Source: Macrostomum lignano
Taxonomy: Eukaryota
Assembly: GCA_002269645.1 (NCBI GenBank)
Contig: NIVC01003960.1
Location: forward strand, 3,502-67,501
Reading direction: 5' to 3'
Length of the DNA: 64,000 nucleotides
The translations under genes and the position numbers were made by a program. The notes under the pieces are model-generated. The model saw only the letters and a list, made by a program, of their open reading frames with translations, did not search any database and was not told the DNA's origin. Below are positions 25,617 through 38,447 of the stretch, one piece after another; positions within the stretch are counted from its first letter, which is position 1, and every line of letters begins with the position of its first letter.

Positions 25617-25850
25617 TCAGCCTCCCAGATCCTCAGTTGCTGGGCCAGACTCCCAGATCCTCAGTTGTTGGGCCAGCCTCCCAGATCCTCAGTTGTTGGG
25701 CCAGCCTCCCAGATCCTCAGTTGCTGGGCCAGCCTCCCAGATCCTCAGTTGCTGGGCCAGCCTCCCAGATCCTCAGTTGCTGGGCCAGACTCCCAGATCC
25801 CCAGTTTCTGAGCCAAACTTCCAGATCCTCGTTACCGAGTCAGACTCAAA
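25617..25850. repeat. 28-bp minisatellite, array 2 (same family as 23877-24076)
   Basis: Unit gttgctgggccagcctcccagatcctca. Confidence 0.93.
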
Positions 25851-26600
25851 CTTCAGTATCTTCAATACTAATTAGGTCAAGTTATATTGAACCAAAGAAA
25901 TTAAATTTTATCCGACATAGTTACCGTTTGTCCTTAACTTATTACTAACAAAAGGTGTTTTCCTAAGCAAATGCATGTTGAGTTCATTTCCTTCATTTAT
26001 TTATGAACTTGTTAATCTACATTTTCTCATTTACTGTACACCGGAGCCCTCTGTTCGTAATAATCTATCTGGCGTGTTTTAATTCCACTAGTTGGTCCCG
26101 CGCTTGTATGACTACACGCATAGGTATTCGTATATGAGTACTTAAAGATTCTCATTTTTCAGTGTATACTTTATTTCGAATAGTCTGTATTTGTGCAGCA
26201 CTAAACATTGTGAGAATTGTATTGATTTTATTTCCTTTAGTCATTAATATTACTACATGTATGTCTAATTTTGCATGTACACAGAGGCAACTGGTACAAC
26301 CGCTTCTCAGCTATACGAATATATACTCTTGTTTCCTCATATTTTCATTCATTTTGTTAAATATTATTGATTTCATTCATTTAAGAGCGGTATAGAGTTG
26401 TCTAATATTTTGCAGTGCTGTTTTGTCTTGAAGTCAATTTTTTAAAATACATTCATTGAGACTTCTTCCTCCACTAAATGGTTCTTGTTTGTATAATTAT
26501 TTGTTTAGCATATGTCAGGTAGATGTCATTGAGTTAGTTTTTGTCTTGGAGCAACTTAGAGAGACTGGAAACTTATCTCCTCAACACCATGCATGTCGCC

Positions 26601-29600
26601 ATGGAGCTGCACGGAGCGGCGGCAGCCCCAACTGAATCTGCGGTATTATTGAGTAGCCAATCTCAAACTGCAGAGAACTTGCAACATCACTCTGAGCAGT
26701 CGCCTGATCGGGGCAGCGAACCAGAGCAAGCCGTTCAGGAAGATGATGAAGGCAACTCTGAAGTTAACGAAGATTCAGAAGAGACTGGGCAACACGAGGC
26801 TGAGACTTCCTTAGATGAGTCGGGAAGTCAGCCGCATGAGGACACAATGCCAGCAGAGCAGGAGGAAGAGGTTGAGGAAGAAGAAGCAGAGCACGAAGAT
26901 GAGGAGGAGGCAGAGCACGAGGATGAAGAAGAGGTAGAGCAGGAGGATGAAGAGGAGGCAGAGCAGGATGAAGAGGAGGCAGAACAGGAGGATGAAGAAG
27001 AGGCAGAGCACGAGGATGAAGAGGAGGCAGATCAAGAAGATGCAGAAGAGGCAGGCAATGATACAAAAGACGAATCAACCGATTCAAGCTCGTCAGACAG
27101 CGATAGCGGTCCCTCAACCGATGGTGAATCGGCGAATTTGCGTCACAAATGCGAACAGTGCAACAAATCTTTTGTCTCCAAACGAAATTTAACAGTACAC
27201 AAACGGGTGCACAGCGGAGAAAAGCCGTTCCAGTGCAACATTTGTCAGAAACGGTTCACACAGAGGGCTCACATGAGAAGGCACATCGAAGCGGTGCACA
27301 AGGACGAATCTGAGCAGCAGAGCGACTCAGGCGATGCCCGTCGCCGCCGCCGCGGTGGCGGCAGAAAAAAGTCGTCAACTGACGTAAAGAAACACGAATG
27401 CGAGCAGTGCGGTAAAAAGTTCCGATGGAAAGCGGCGTTGGAGGTTCACTTCCGGGTGCACAGCGGCGAGAAGCCCTACCAATGCGAGGAGTGTCCAAAA
27501 AAATTTGCCCGGCCCAGTCACCTGCAGGGTCACGTGGCCGCGGTGCACAAGAAGGAGAAGCCGCACAAATGCCAGCACTGCGACAAAGCATTTGCCGATC
27601 CGAGCGCTCTGAGAGTTCATACTCGAACTCATACGGGCGAAAAACCATACGAGTGTAAAGTGTGCCACAAGAAGTTTAATCTGTCCAGTCAGCTGAGGGT
27701 GCACTTCAGGCTGCACACGGGAGAGAAACCGTTTCAATGCAACGTTTGCGGCAAGCGGTTTAGCCAGTCTAGCACTCTGTTCTCTCATTTGAAGAGTAAA
27801 ACTGGTAAGAAATCCCATTGTTTGTGTGAAGTTTTACTTACTACGGTTCAGAAAGGGTTTTGTATTTGCTGCTAGGCCTAAGAGTGTTGTGGCCTTGTGG
27901 TTAAAAGCGTTGGACTTACGACTGAAAGGTTGAGGGCGGAGGGTTCGATCCTCGACTCATTCGGAACAATTTGTGTCCTTGAGCAAGGCGCTTAACTCTG
28001 CATTGCTTCGGTTGTGCCAGCTGTAAAATGGGTGCCTGCATTAGCTGGGGTAATTGAGGGTGTGTGTGCGGCGACCCCCCAGTCCTTGGACTGAACAGCC
28101 GTACGCAGCCTTCAGATGCGTCGCGCAATAGCTGCGGCTGAGCTGTCGGTTGCACATCTGGCCGAATAATATAGAAGGGCGTTCTCCGGCTGGTGACTAG
28201 GGGGGGGGGAGGGGGCGCTGTATGTGCGATAAAGTATGTGCCTTGAGAAGTTGAGAAAGACTGTGTATAGAGGGTCTTCTACGAGTAATTAATCGCTGTG
28301 CTACTACTATCGGTGTAAATCTTATTTCAGTCCACGTGCGCCGCAACGAGCCTACAGTGCAAATCTATTACGCTCCTGTCGCGCCTCCGCAAGCAAATTT
28401 CTCCGCCGTGCAAAATGTACCGCCACAGCCTCCACCGCCGCCGCCGCCGCCACAACCGCCGCTGCAGGCGCAGTACATGCCCAATTTGCAGCCTAGCGGA
28501 GCAAACAACTGCGAATTGATGCCAGATTTATTGGAGACACTCTACGTGTCTGAAATGATGTCAGCCGGCGCGATGCCGCCTAGCCATCAACAGCAGCCGG
28601 TTAATAATTTTGTAATCAGCGGCGGCGCTGCTGACCAGCAGATGTCGGCGGTGATGCAGAACGGACCGCCACCGCAGGCTAATCTGGCTAGCAGTAGCTA
28701 CAGTGCGGGCGCGCCTGTAATCATAACTCGCTACCGATGCGCTCACTGCATTAAGACCTTCTCTAGCCAGGCAGACCTGGAGAAGCACCAGCGAGTGCAC
28801 AGTGCCGACCGGCCCTACCACTGCAACATGTGCGACAAGCGGTTCCTGAAGTCCAGCCATCTTCGAATCCACATTGCCGGGGTGCACAACAAGGAGCGAC
28901 CGTTCACCTGTCAGTACTGCGGCGGAGGCTTCGCCGACCGCGGCACGCTCAACGTGCACATTCGCAAGCACACGGACGAACGGCCCTACCAGTGCAAGAT
29001 GTGCGGCAAACGGTTCAAAAGCTCCAGCCAGGTCAGCACCCATTCGAGGATTCACACGGGCGAAAAACCGTTTAAGTGTCATCTGTGCGGCATGCAGTTT
29101 CGCATGTCTGGCCATCTGAACTATCATCTGAGGCGGCATAGCAAGGGTGAGTAGCTGTTTTTTTATATTTTGTAGCACTGCACCAAAGCTGCAGACAAAG
29201 TTGTTTGGCCTTATAAATCCGGAAATCCGATCTTACAAAAAATAGCAAATTTAGTCCTGTTAGATTTTGTGAATTAGAAATCTTATCCGTTAGCCGTATT
29301 TGCCAAACTTTTTCAGGACTAGCTGTCCAGCAGTACCAGCCGTCGCCAGAAGTTATGCCCGGTCCTAATCCGACACCGCAAGACTTGCATCAGCAACACC
29401 AACAGCATCAGCAGCACCAACAGCACCAGCAACATCAACAGCATCAGCAACATCAACAGCACCAACAGCATCAGCAACATCAGCAGCACCAACAGCACCA
29501 GAACCAGCAGCATCAGCATCAGCAGCATCATCATCAGTTACCCTCCGAGCTGGAAATCAGTAACTTTGTGCTCAATAGCATGCCTATGGCGCCTATGCAG

Positions 29601-31334
29601 CAGCAGCAGCAAAATATACCAACCATGAATGTTCCTAGCACTAGCGGCAGCAACTTCAATGATGCTGCTGCTGCTGCTGTTGCTCCGCCACCTGCCGCCG
29701 TTGAGTCCCGTTTCCGTTGCCTCAGCTGCATCAAGTCGTTTGCAAACCAGGCAGACCTGGAGAAGCACCAGCGAGTGCACAGTGCCGACAGGCCCTACCA
29801 CTGCAACATGTGCGACAAGCGGTTCCTGAAGTCCAGCCATCTTCGAATCCACATTGCCGGGGTGCACAACAAGGAGCGACCGTTCACTTGTCAGTACTGC
29901 GGCGGAGGCTTCGCGACCGCGGCACGCTCAACGTGCACATTCGCAAGCACACGGACGAACGGCCCTACCAGTGCAAGGTGTGCTTGAAACGGTTCAAAAG
30001 CTCCAGCCAGGTCAGCACCCATTCGAGAATTCACACGGGCGAAAAACCGTTCAAGTGCAACGTGTGCGGTATGCAGTTCCGCATGTCTGGCCATCTCACC
30101 TATCATCTGAGGCGGCACAACAAGCGTGAGTAGCTTTATAATTGTCAACGTTATCACACAGTCAACTTAGGTTCCACAGGATCGATTCGTGTTTGTGCCT
30201 GCGTACGTATCCGTGTGCTTTGATTTTACGTTCAGAAGCTGGTTGAGATTGTAGGCCCAGTTGAAATACCTGCTGTTACAATAGTGATTACGTGTTGGTT
30301 TCGTTCCAGCGCCTGTACAGCCGCCAGAAGTAGCTCAGGGCATGCTTCAGCATGCGGCCGACAATGCGCCCTCAATAGGTCAGCAGCAGTTGCAAGGTGC
30401 TGGTCAAGCCCAGCCTGACTCCTCTCTGAACGATGGCGATTCACCAGCGGGTCATCATTCAGCTCATGCCGCCGCGTCAAGCAGCTATAAGCCGAAGAAG
30501 AACTCAAAACAGACTGACTCTGAAGATGAAGACGATTCCGTTGATCTTGACAACGATTCGGACTCCGACAGGCCAGTCAAGCGTCGGCGTCACCGATGCG
30601 ATGAATGCGGCAAGAGCTTTGCTACTAAGCAAACTTTGAAAGTGCACCGTCGAGTTCACAGCGAGGATAGCAAGCCGTACGAATGCGACACTTGTGACAA
30701 ACGTTTCTCCCAGTCTGGCCATCTCAAGCGCCACATGGAGGTGGTGCATAAGAAGACTCTACTTCGACGTCTTCTAGAAAGAAATCTAGCTCAGGTAAAG
30801 CTGGCAAATCGGTGAAAAAGAAGCACCGTGCGAGCACTGCGGCAAGACGTTCCCGTGGAGGACAGCGTTGGAGGTTCACCTCCGGGTGCACAGCGGCGAG
30901 AAGCCCTACCAATGCGAGGAGTGTCCAAAGAAATTTGCCAGGCCCAGTCACCTGCAGGGTCACGTGGCCGCAGTGCACAAGAAGGAGAGGCCGCACAAAT
31001 GCCAGCACTGCGACAAAGCATTTGCCGATCCGAGCGCTCTGAGAGTTCATACTCGAACTCATACGGGTGAAAAACCCTACCAGTGTAAAGTGTGCGGCAA
31101 ACGATTTAATCTGTCTGGCAGCTGACCAGCCACAATAGGCTGCACACTGGCGAACGGCCTTTTCAATGCAACGTTTGCGGCAAACGGTTCGGCCATTCCG
31201 GCAGCCTGTCCACTCACGCCAGCAGGGTGCACACCGGTGAACGGCCCTACCAATGCCAGGTGTGCGGCAAACGGTTCACCCAGAATAGCGGACTGACCAC
31301 GCACTCTAAAGTGCATTTGAAGCAGCAGAATTGA
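26601..31334 (+). CDS. Poly-C2H2 zinc-finger protein A, 4 exons, ~25 fingers; 4 apparent 1-nt deletions in this assembly
   Basis: Exons ~26601-27804, 28331-29146, 29317-30125, 30310-31334, all introns phase 1 GT-AG. Repeated CxxC..HxxxH fingers with HTGEKPY-type linkers and an acidic N-terminus. The frame is restored by one extra base at ~29914, ~30755, ~30827 and ~31119. The start is chosen by similarity to gene B (MELH); an ATG at 26589 is also in frame. Confidence 0.85.
27880..28160 (+). mobile_element. tRNA-derived SINE with CORE-like domain, copy 1 (intron 1 of zinc-finger gene A)
   Basis: A-box-like tggccttgtgg and B-box gggttcgatcc, then tgtgtccttgagcaaggcgcttaactc...ctgtaaaatggg, which resembles the MIR/CORE consensus. 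A second copy lies at 39707-39997. Confidence 0.85.
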
Positions 31335-33282
31335 ATTAATAACTAATGCCTTCTGTGGCTCATTGCGCTATTCTTCTATTACTTATCAGTTTGTAACTAT
31401 TGCTAGGTGGTACTTAAGTACATTTTAATTTGAGTTGTTTATCATGGTTATAAAAATGCACCTAAGCCATTAGCTATGATATAATGTACTTGCTGTATGC
31501 CTTGTTTTGTTCGTATTGCTACACTTGATCTGCTTTATTTTCTCTCTGTTTATATACACTCGTATATAGGCACAGTTTTTGCTATTTCCCATTGTCTATT
31601 ATCTTCTACCTAAGCAGCATCTTTGTTTTGCTTTTTTTATTGATGCGTTTTATTGTCGACTCATCCCCAATGTTTATTTTTTTAATCACGTCGCTTATAT
31701 CTCATCGCACTTAGGTTGCGATGCACTTTTATTTATAATTATCTCTGCTTGTTAACGGAGAAAGGTTTAGTATAAGCAGCTTAGCAAAAATATTTATTAT
31801 ATACTGCTGACTCGCAAAAGTTGCATGCTGTTTATACATTCATTACGATACGGTTTTGCTTGTCACTGTAAGCAGTGAAAATTATGCTAATTTATTTTTT
31901 TTTGTCCTGCTACAATTTTGCGTATATTTTTTCCATTATTTACTCTGTATATGCACGAGTATTTAATTTTGTTCTGGCTAGCGCGATATAAATAAAACTC
32001 TAAAATTAAAAAGCTTCTATAGTCTATGGCCGGGCGAAAGTGGGGGGGGGGTCGTTCCACCCCTCCTCGCTTCTTTCACTGCACTTGTCTATGGCCGCGA
32101 CAGACCGGCTTCGGCCACGCTTATGGGAATGAATGAAGGAATACACTGGATTGCTCATCTGAAATAGTCTATGGTCGAGTTCTTTCCTCCAAACTTGGAA
32201 TTTACCCCCCCTAGGAATCTATTGGCTGATGAAAGTTAAAAATAATCCCCCGTAGGACTTGATTGGATGCTGAATCAGTCCATCAAATACATCTTTGGAT
32301 TTCCCTCAAATTTTCAGCAGCTAGACATGCTTGTAGGTAGAAACGTCTAAATAAAGCATCACGCTGTTGCCTGCGGACGTCTCACCGGCCCTGATCATTA
32401 ATGGAGACTGGAATGGGCGACCGGTCTGAGCCCTAACTGGTTTTGTTTTTGATTTAGTAGCGAGGGTTGAAATTACGTCTCCTATTGCTGTATTCTTTCA
32501 TCCATGCTTATGGGTCTCAAAGACAAAGAACTTTAAAAGATGGTTCAGGCCATTCTCGAGGGATTGCAACTTTCTTTTTTTTAAATTCGATTATCTTTTT
32601 GTGTATTTTTCCTTTGCATGCCTGATGTAGCTATGCGCTTGTTATGCGAAGCAATTTTTTAATAAAACTATAGTTTTTTTAGTTAAACTTTTATGCTTAA
32701 GATGTCCTTAACTCTTCTGGGAGCTATCTATTGTTACTATCATAATTTTTTACTTCACTTTTAACTTATTTTCATTGGCTATTTGTTTTATTGAATAGAC
32801 TTGCTTGCTTGCGTGTTGTCTACGAGTAAAACTAAGTGGGTTTTTTCTCTGCAAAGCGTCTTTTCTCTAAAAAATTCTATAAAAAGCTGTATTCTCGTAT
32901 ACACACCCTCTGGTTTTTTTGTTATAGTTTGCGTGCTTCTAGTGCAAAAACAACTTATTTAACTATAATCGACTATTTTGCGTTAGTAATTTGTACGTAC
33001 TTCATAGTTATAGTATTGCACCTTGCGTGAATTAGCAGGAATTAATTCAAACTGTCTGCTATAATTACACTTTATTGCTCGTATATATATGACTGCATAT
33101 TGTAGTGCAAAAATATACATTATGGACAAATAAATGCGTCATTTCGTTACTTATTTTTCAGTTTTATTCTAATAGAAACTCCGAAACAAAAGTAGGAATT
33201 TTCTCGCATATGAGTATAAAGCCCTCTAATGACTGAAGCGACTACTTACGCCATTGCGTCACTAGTAAATCAAAATTTGAAC

Positions 33283-33551
33283 CTCTGTAGCTGGCGCCCC
33301 CTCTTTAGCTGTCGCCCCCTCTGTAGCTGGCGCCCCCTCTTTAGCTGGCGCCCCCTCTGTAGCTGGCGCCCCCTCTGTAGCTGGCGCCCCCTCTGTAGAT
33401 GGCACCCCCTCTGTAGCTGACGCCCCTCTGTAGTTGGCTCCCGATCTGTAGCTGGCGCCCCCTCTGTAGCTGGCGCCCCCTCTGTAGCTGGCGCCCCCTC
33501 TGTAGCTGGCGCCCCTCTGTAGCTGGCGCCCCCTCTGTAGCTGGCGCCCTC
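33283..33551. repeat. 18-bp GC-rich minisatellite upstream of zinc-finger gene B
   Basis: Unit ctgtagctggcgccccct. Confidence 0.93.
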
Positions 33552-33825
33552 CTCGGATAAAATTTCAAACACTTCCTGACCGAGTTTGGCATCCCCCACC
33601 GTCACGCAGCATTTCCAAGATGAGGCCCGCATTAGTTTTTGGAGGGAAGTCATCCTTTTAAATTTTAAGGCTGAGGAATACCTTCACACACCGGAACTTC
33701 TACTTTCCGCTTTCCGATCTTCAACTTTCCTCAAACTTTCTATTCACGTGATGTCAAAAGCTACCCGTATTTAAAGGACGACAACAACAGCTGCAGTTTA
33801 TTTATTTATTTGCATTCATGCTCTG

Positions 33826-36800
33826 ATGGAGCTGCATGAAACTGCGGCAGCGGAATCTCTGCCAGCGAATCCCAATCCCAAGTCGGCATTAGTTTATCAA
33901 AATTCTGTAAACTCCGAGTCGAACTGCGAAGTCGAATGTAGTTCAGAAGTAGGTCAAGCCGACGATAGAAGCTCCTCCGAAGCTAGCGAAGAGGCTGAAC
34001 AATCCAAGTCCTCTGTGAACGAGTCTGCAAATCAGTCGCCGGAAGAGGTCACAATAGAACAGGAAGATAATGATGAGAGTGAGGCAAGCGGCTCTGAGCA
34101 CAGTAAATCTGACGAAAGCTCAGTGGATATTAAAAGAAAAAAAAGGGTTAAGCGACCGAAGCCGCGTCACCAGTGCGAGCAGTGCGGCAAGTTCTTTGCT
34201 TCGAAGAAGAATTTAAAAGTCCACTATCGCGTGCATAGCGGCGAGCGGCCATATCAGTGCGAGTATTGCCAGAAACGATTCACTCAGATGGGTCATCTGA
34301 AGTCTCACACTGAAGCTAAGCACGCTGATAAACTTCAGGAATCTGGCGCTGCTGGAGATGCTAATACAAAAGCTAAAAAGCTCTACCAATGCGTAGAGTG
34401 CGACAAAACTTTTCCTTGGAAGAATGCATTAGATATTCATTTTCGAGTTCACTCCGGCGAACGGCCGTTTAAATGCATCGAGTGCCCGAAGAAGTTCACT
34501 CGGCTAAGTCACCTGCAGGGTCACGTGGCCGCCGTGCACAAGAAGGAGAAGCCGCACAAATGCCAGCACTGCGACAAAGCATTTGCCGATTCTTGCTCCC
34601 TTCGAGTTCACACTAGAACGCACACGGGCGACAAGCCCTACCAGTGCAAAGTGTGCGACAAGAAATTCAGTCTGTCTAGTCAACTGACTCGTCACTCGAG
34701 GCTGCACACTGGCGAAAAACCCTACCAGTGCAATAGATGCGAAAAACGATTTAATCAGCCAAGCAGTCTAGCCAGTCACTTGAGAACGCATACTGGCGAA
34801 AAACCTTACCAGTGCACACTGTGCGGCAAAGGCTTCACTCAGTCTGGCAGCCTTGCTAATCATTTAAGGAGTCACACTGGTGAGTCGACTGTTAAATTTG
34901 AGTGTTGCGTTGTGTTGGAGAAACACCAAGTCAGATGAACGCAAAGGTTATTAATGAACTGGAATTTACGAAACACTGATGACAAACAGTAGAGAACTCT
35001 GCAAAGATACACCTGACACCTTTGAAATGATATGCTCAGCAACATTGAAAAGTCGCCACTCTTTGCTCCAGTGAGCAGGTCTTTCGACCAGCGCCTCCCG
35101 TCCAAGCTTCGATCCATCCAATCTTCGCCCTCCGCTCTTCCCAAATATTGTTGAGTAAATTTATTAGTTCAGAATTTAAGTGCACCCTGTCACAGTTTAG
35201 ATTAGCAAACTATCTAAATATTGACCTGCGAGACATTGAGAACTGCGTGACCCAATTCGCTGCTTTTTTTCACCTGACAGCGTACTTTGTTGTTTTTGTT
35301 GTTGTGACCCAAGATCACTAACGAGAACAGGACCTGCCGAAAGTGCCATGTAGAGGTAGAAAGTTCACGTCCTGTTTAAGTGTAGTTGGAACTTCTATAG
35401 TGCTTCCCGTGATAAATTTGAATAGGAGGTCCCAGATAAAGTTAGGAATTTAAAAAATCTTACAGCAGATGATTAAATATTTCGCCTACTGACTCAAGAA
35501 AATATATACGTAATGGAAATTGAGGCAAAATCCATCAAAGACATGACCCTAGCCACAATGCAAATGTCATGAAGCTTCATTCCGAATACAAGCTTAAATA
35601 CTATGTTTGCGCAAGATACTTTATTTTGACTCTCTATGTCGGGAATTGTAGCCTAGTAGTTGAAGCTTTGAAGCCCAACAGCTTCCTATTTCTAAACAAA
35701 TCCGAAAACCTCGAGCCGTACTTCCTACCATTAACTATTTAAACTACTGACCGCTACTAATAGTAGGGTAATTGAAAAAACTTGACTTCTTCGACAAATT
35801 CCATGAAAAATCTTTGTTGTTGTCGGATTGACTCCTGATGCCAATCCAATTTCAACTTATGCTTGTATAATATTTCAGAAAACGTGCAGCACAATGAAGC
35901 GACAGCTGCGTCAGCATTTTACGTCCCCAACGCGCAGCCGCATCAGTCGAGTTTTCCTATGCCGAACGCTCCTCCCCCGCCGCCGCTGCCGCCGCCACAC
36001 TTCATACCGGATCTGCAACCAAGTGCAGCAAATCATAGCGATCTTGTGCCAGACCTGCTAGAGACTTTGTACGTGTCCGAGATGATGCCAGCAGGTGCGA
36101 TTAATAGTTTCGTACTCAGCGGCGAGTTAATGAGCTCCGTTGCTATGCCGAATGGACCGAGCTCCGGAGCTGGAGCTTCTACGATTGAATCGCGTCTCCG
36201 ATGCGGCCACTGCGTCAAGACGTTCTCTAACGAGGCCGACCTGGAGAAGCACCAGCGAGTGCACAGCGCCGAACGGCCGTTCCCCTGCGAACTGTGCGAC
36301 AAGCGTTCATGCGGGCCAGCCACCTGAGAATCCACATCAACGGGGTGCACAAGAAGGAGAAGCCGTTCTGCTGCCAGTACTGCGGCAGAGGCTTCGCCGA
36401 CCGCGGCACGTTGAACGTCCACATCCGGAGTCACACCGGGGAGCGTCCGTTCCCGTGCAAGGTGTGCGGCAAGAGGTTCCGAAACTCCAGCCATCTCAGC
36501 AATCACTCCAGACTGCACACTGGTGAAAAACCGTTCAACTGCGACGTGTGCGGCAAGCAGTTCCGACTGTCCGGTCATCTTGCCTATCATTCGAGGCAGC
36601 ACAAACGTAGGTTCACCATTTATTTTCATTGTTCTAATCTATATCGTTTCTTTGAAACTGTACTTAGTTTTTATCGACAGCATTATTATACAGATTGGCT
36701 CGTACTTTTTGTTTAGTTCAAACAGAGTGAAATATTTTATACATCCAGGTCAGGACGCCGCTCCTAACGAAGGCACAGAGCACACTGAGGAGCAGGCCCT

Positions 36801-38447
36801 AAATCTTCCCAATAATGAGGCGCATTATTCTGGAGACTTGGAAGACAATTCGCACGAAGACGACTGCGATTCAGATCCTGGTTGCGTAGAGGAGCGGCAC
36901 TGTTTGGCGCACGATGCCAACCAGCCGGGCCCATCCAATGCGGTCTCTATTGAGCAATCGGGTGTTCCAATGCCCAGCCAGCAAGAGATTAACACTTTCG
37001 TGCTCAACGGCATGCCCGCAATGACAGTGGCGTCAGCTCAGAACGGGTTGGTGGTTGCTAATCCAGCTGATAGCATCAGCAATGCCAGCTTCAATGCTGT
37101 CCCGCCAGCTGTAGTGGAGCCTCGCTACCGATGCGGCCACTGCGTCAAGACGTTCTCTAACGAGGCCGACCTGGAGAAGCACCAGCGAGTGCACAGCGCC
37201 GAACGGCCGTTCCCCTGCGAACTGTGCGACAAGCGGTTTATGCGGGCCAGCCACCTGAGAATCCACATCAACGGGGTGCACAAGAAGGAGAAGCCGTTCT
37301 GCTGCCAGTACTGCGGCAGAGGCTTCGCCGACCGCGGCACGTTGAACGTCCACATCCGGAGTCACACCGGGGAGCGTCCGTTCCCGTGCAAGGTGTGCGG
37401 CAAGAGGTTCCGAAACTCCAGCCATCTCAGCAAGCATTGGCGAATTCACACCGGAGAAAAACCTTTTAAATGCGACGTGTGCGGCAAGCAGTTCCGACTG
37501 TCCAGCCATCTCACCTACCATTCAATTCGCACAAATGTAAGACGCTTGTATTGTAGCTCAGATTACATTTTTAACTCCAATTGTGCTTAGATATAGTGTA
37601 GCGTTCATTTTTTTAGTTCCTACCAAGCGACGTTACGCGGCCGCTAATCAAGCTCAGCCGACTCAACAGCAGCAATCGGTGCTGGCCCGTCCCGGCTTGC
37701 TCCACTGCCCGACGAAGAATCGACCAGGAACTCGTTGGAAGATGGCGAACAGGAAGAGACGCAACCAACGGAGGTACATTCGACAGCGAAGTCTAGCAGG
37801 AAGAAGGCTTCAAGCCGGCCTAAGAAGGCTAAAGATAATTCCTCGACAGCAAAGAAGCGCTACCCATGCGAGCACTGCGAGAAAAGCTTCATGTGGAAGA
37901 GCGATCTAAGACGTCATATCAGAGTGCACAGCGGCGAGCGGCCGTTCGAGTGCGACACCTGCCAGAAAGGCTTCACCAGGCTGAGCCATCTGCAGGTCAC
38001 ATCGCGGCTGTGCACCGGAAGGAGACGCCGCACAAGTGCCAGCACTGCGACAAATCATTCGCCGACGCGTGCGGTCTAAGGGCGCACGTACGAACGCACA
38101 CGGGTGAAAAGCCCTACCAGTGTAACGTGTGCAACAAGCGGTTCGCTCTGTCTGGTCAATTGAGCACTCACACTAGAGTGCACACTGGTGAACGGCCTTA
38201 TCAGTGCAAAGTGTGCGACAAACGATTCATTAGCTCAGGTCAGCTCACCTGTCATTCAAGACTGCACACCGGTGAGCGACCCTACGAATGCAACGAGTGC
38301 GGTAGGAAATTCAGCCAATCGTACAGTCTGAACTATCACAAGATGGTGCACTCGGGTGAAAAACCCTTCCAATGCGAAGTGTGCGGCATGCGGTTCATCA
38401 GATCGGACAGTCTGCTGATGCACTCCACCACTGTACACGCCAAGTGA
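33826..38447 (+). CDS. Poly-C2H2 zinc-finger protein B, 4 exons, ~25 fingers, tandem paralog of A; 4 apparent 1-nt deletions
   Basis: Exons 33826-34879, 35879-36606, 36749-37536, 37617-38447, all introns phase 1 GT-AG. Same exon architecture as gene A. The frame is restored by one extra base at ~36305, ~37530, ~37688 and ~37996. Confidence 0.85.

Noticed and set aside
27885-27960. tRNA-Val gene (also ~39925-39995 on the minus strand)
   Set aside because: Stems are poorly paired, and the sequence continues into a shared CORE-like body; these are SINE heads.
32267-32580. Third EW|xNP microprotein upstream of zinc-finger gene B
   Set aside because: The peptide MLNQSIKYIFGF lacks the EW donor junction, and no NP-TM exon follows in frame.
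26601-38447. Zinc-finger exons as separate genes or as pseudogenes
   Set aside because: Consistent phase-1 splice pairs link the exons, the lesions look like homopolymer errors, and a shared motif shows only synonymous change. Not fully excluded without reads.
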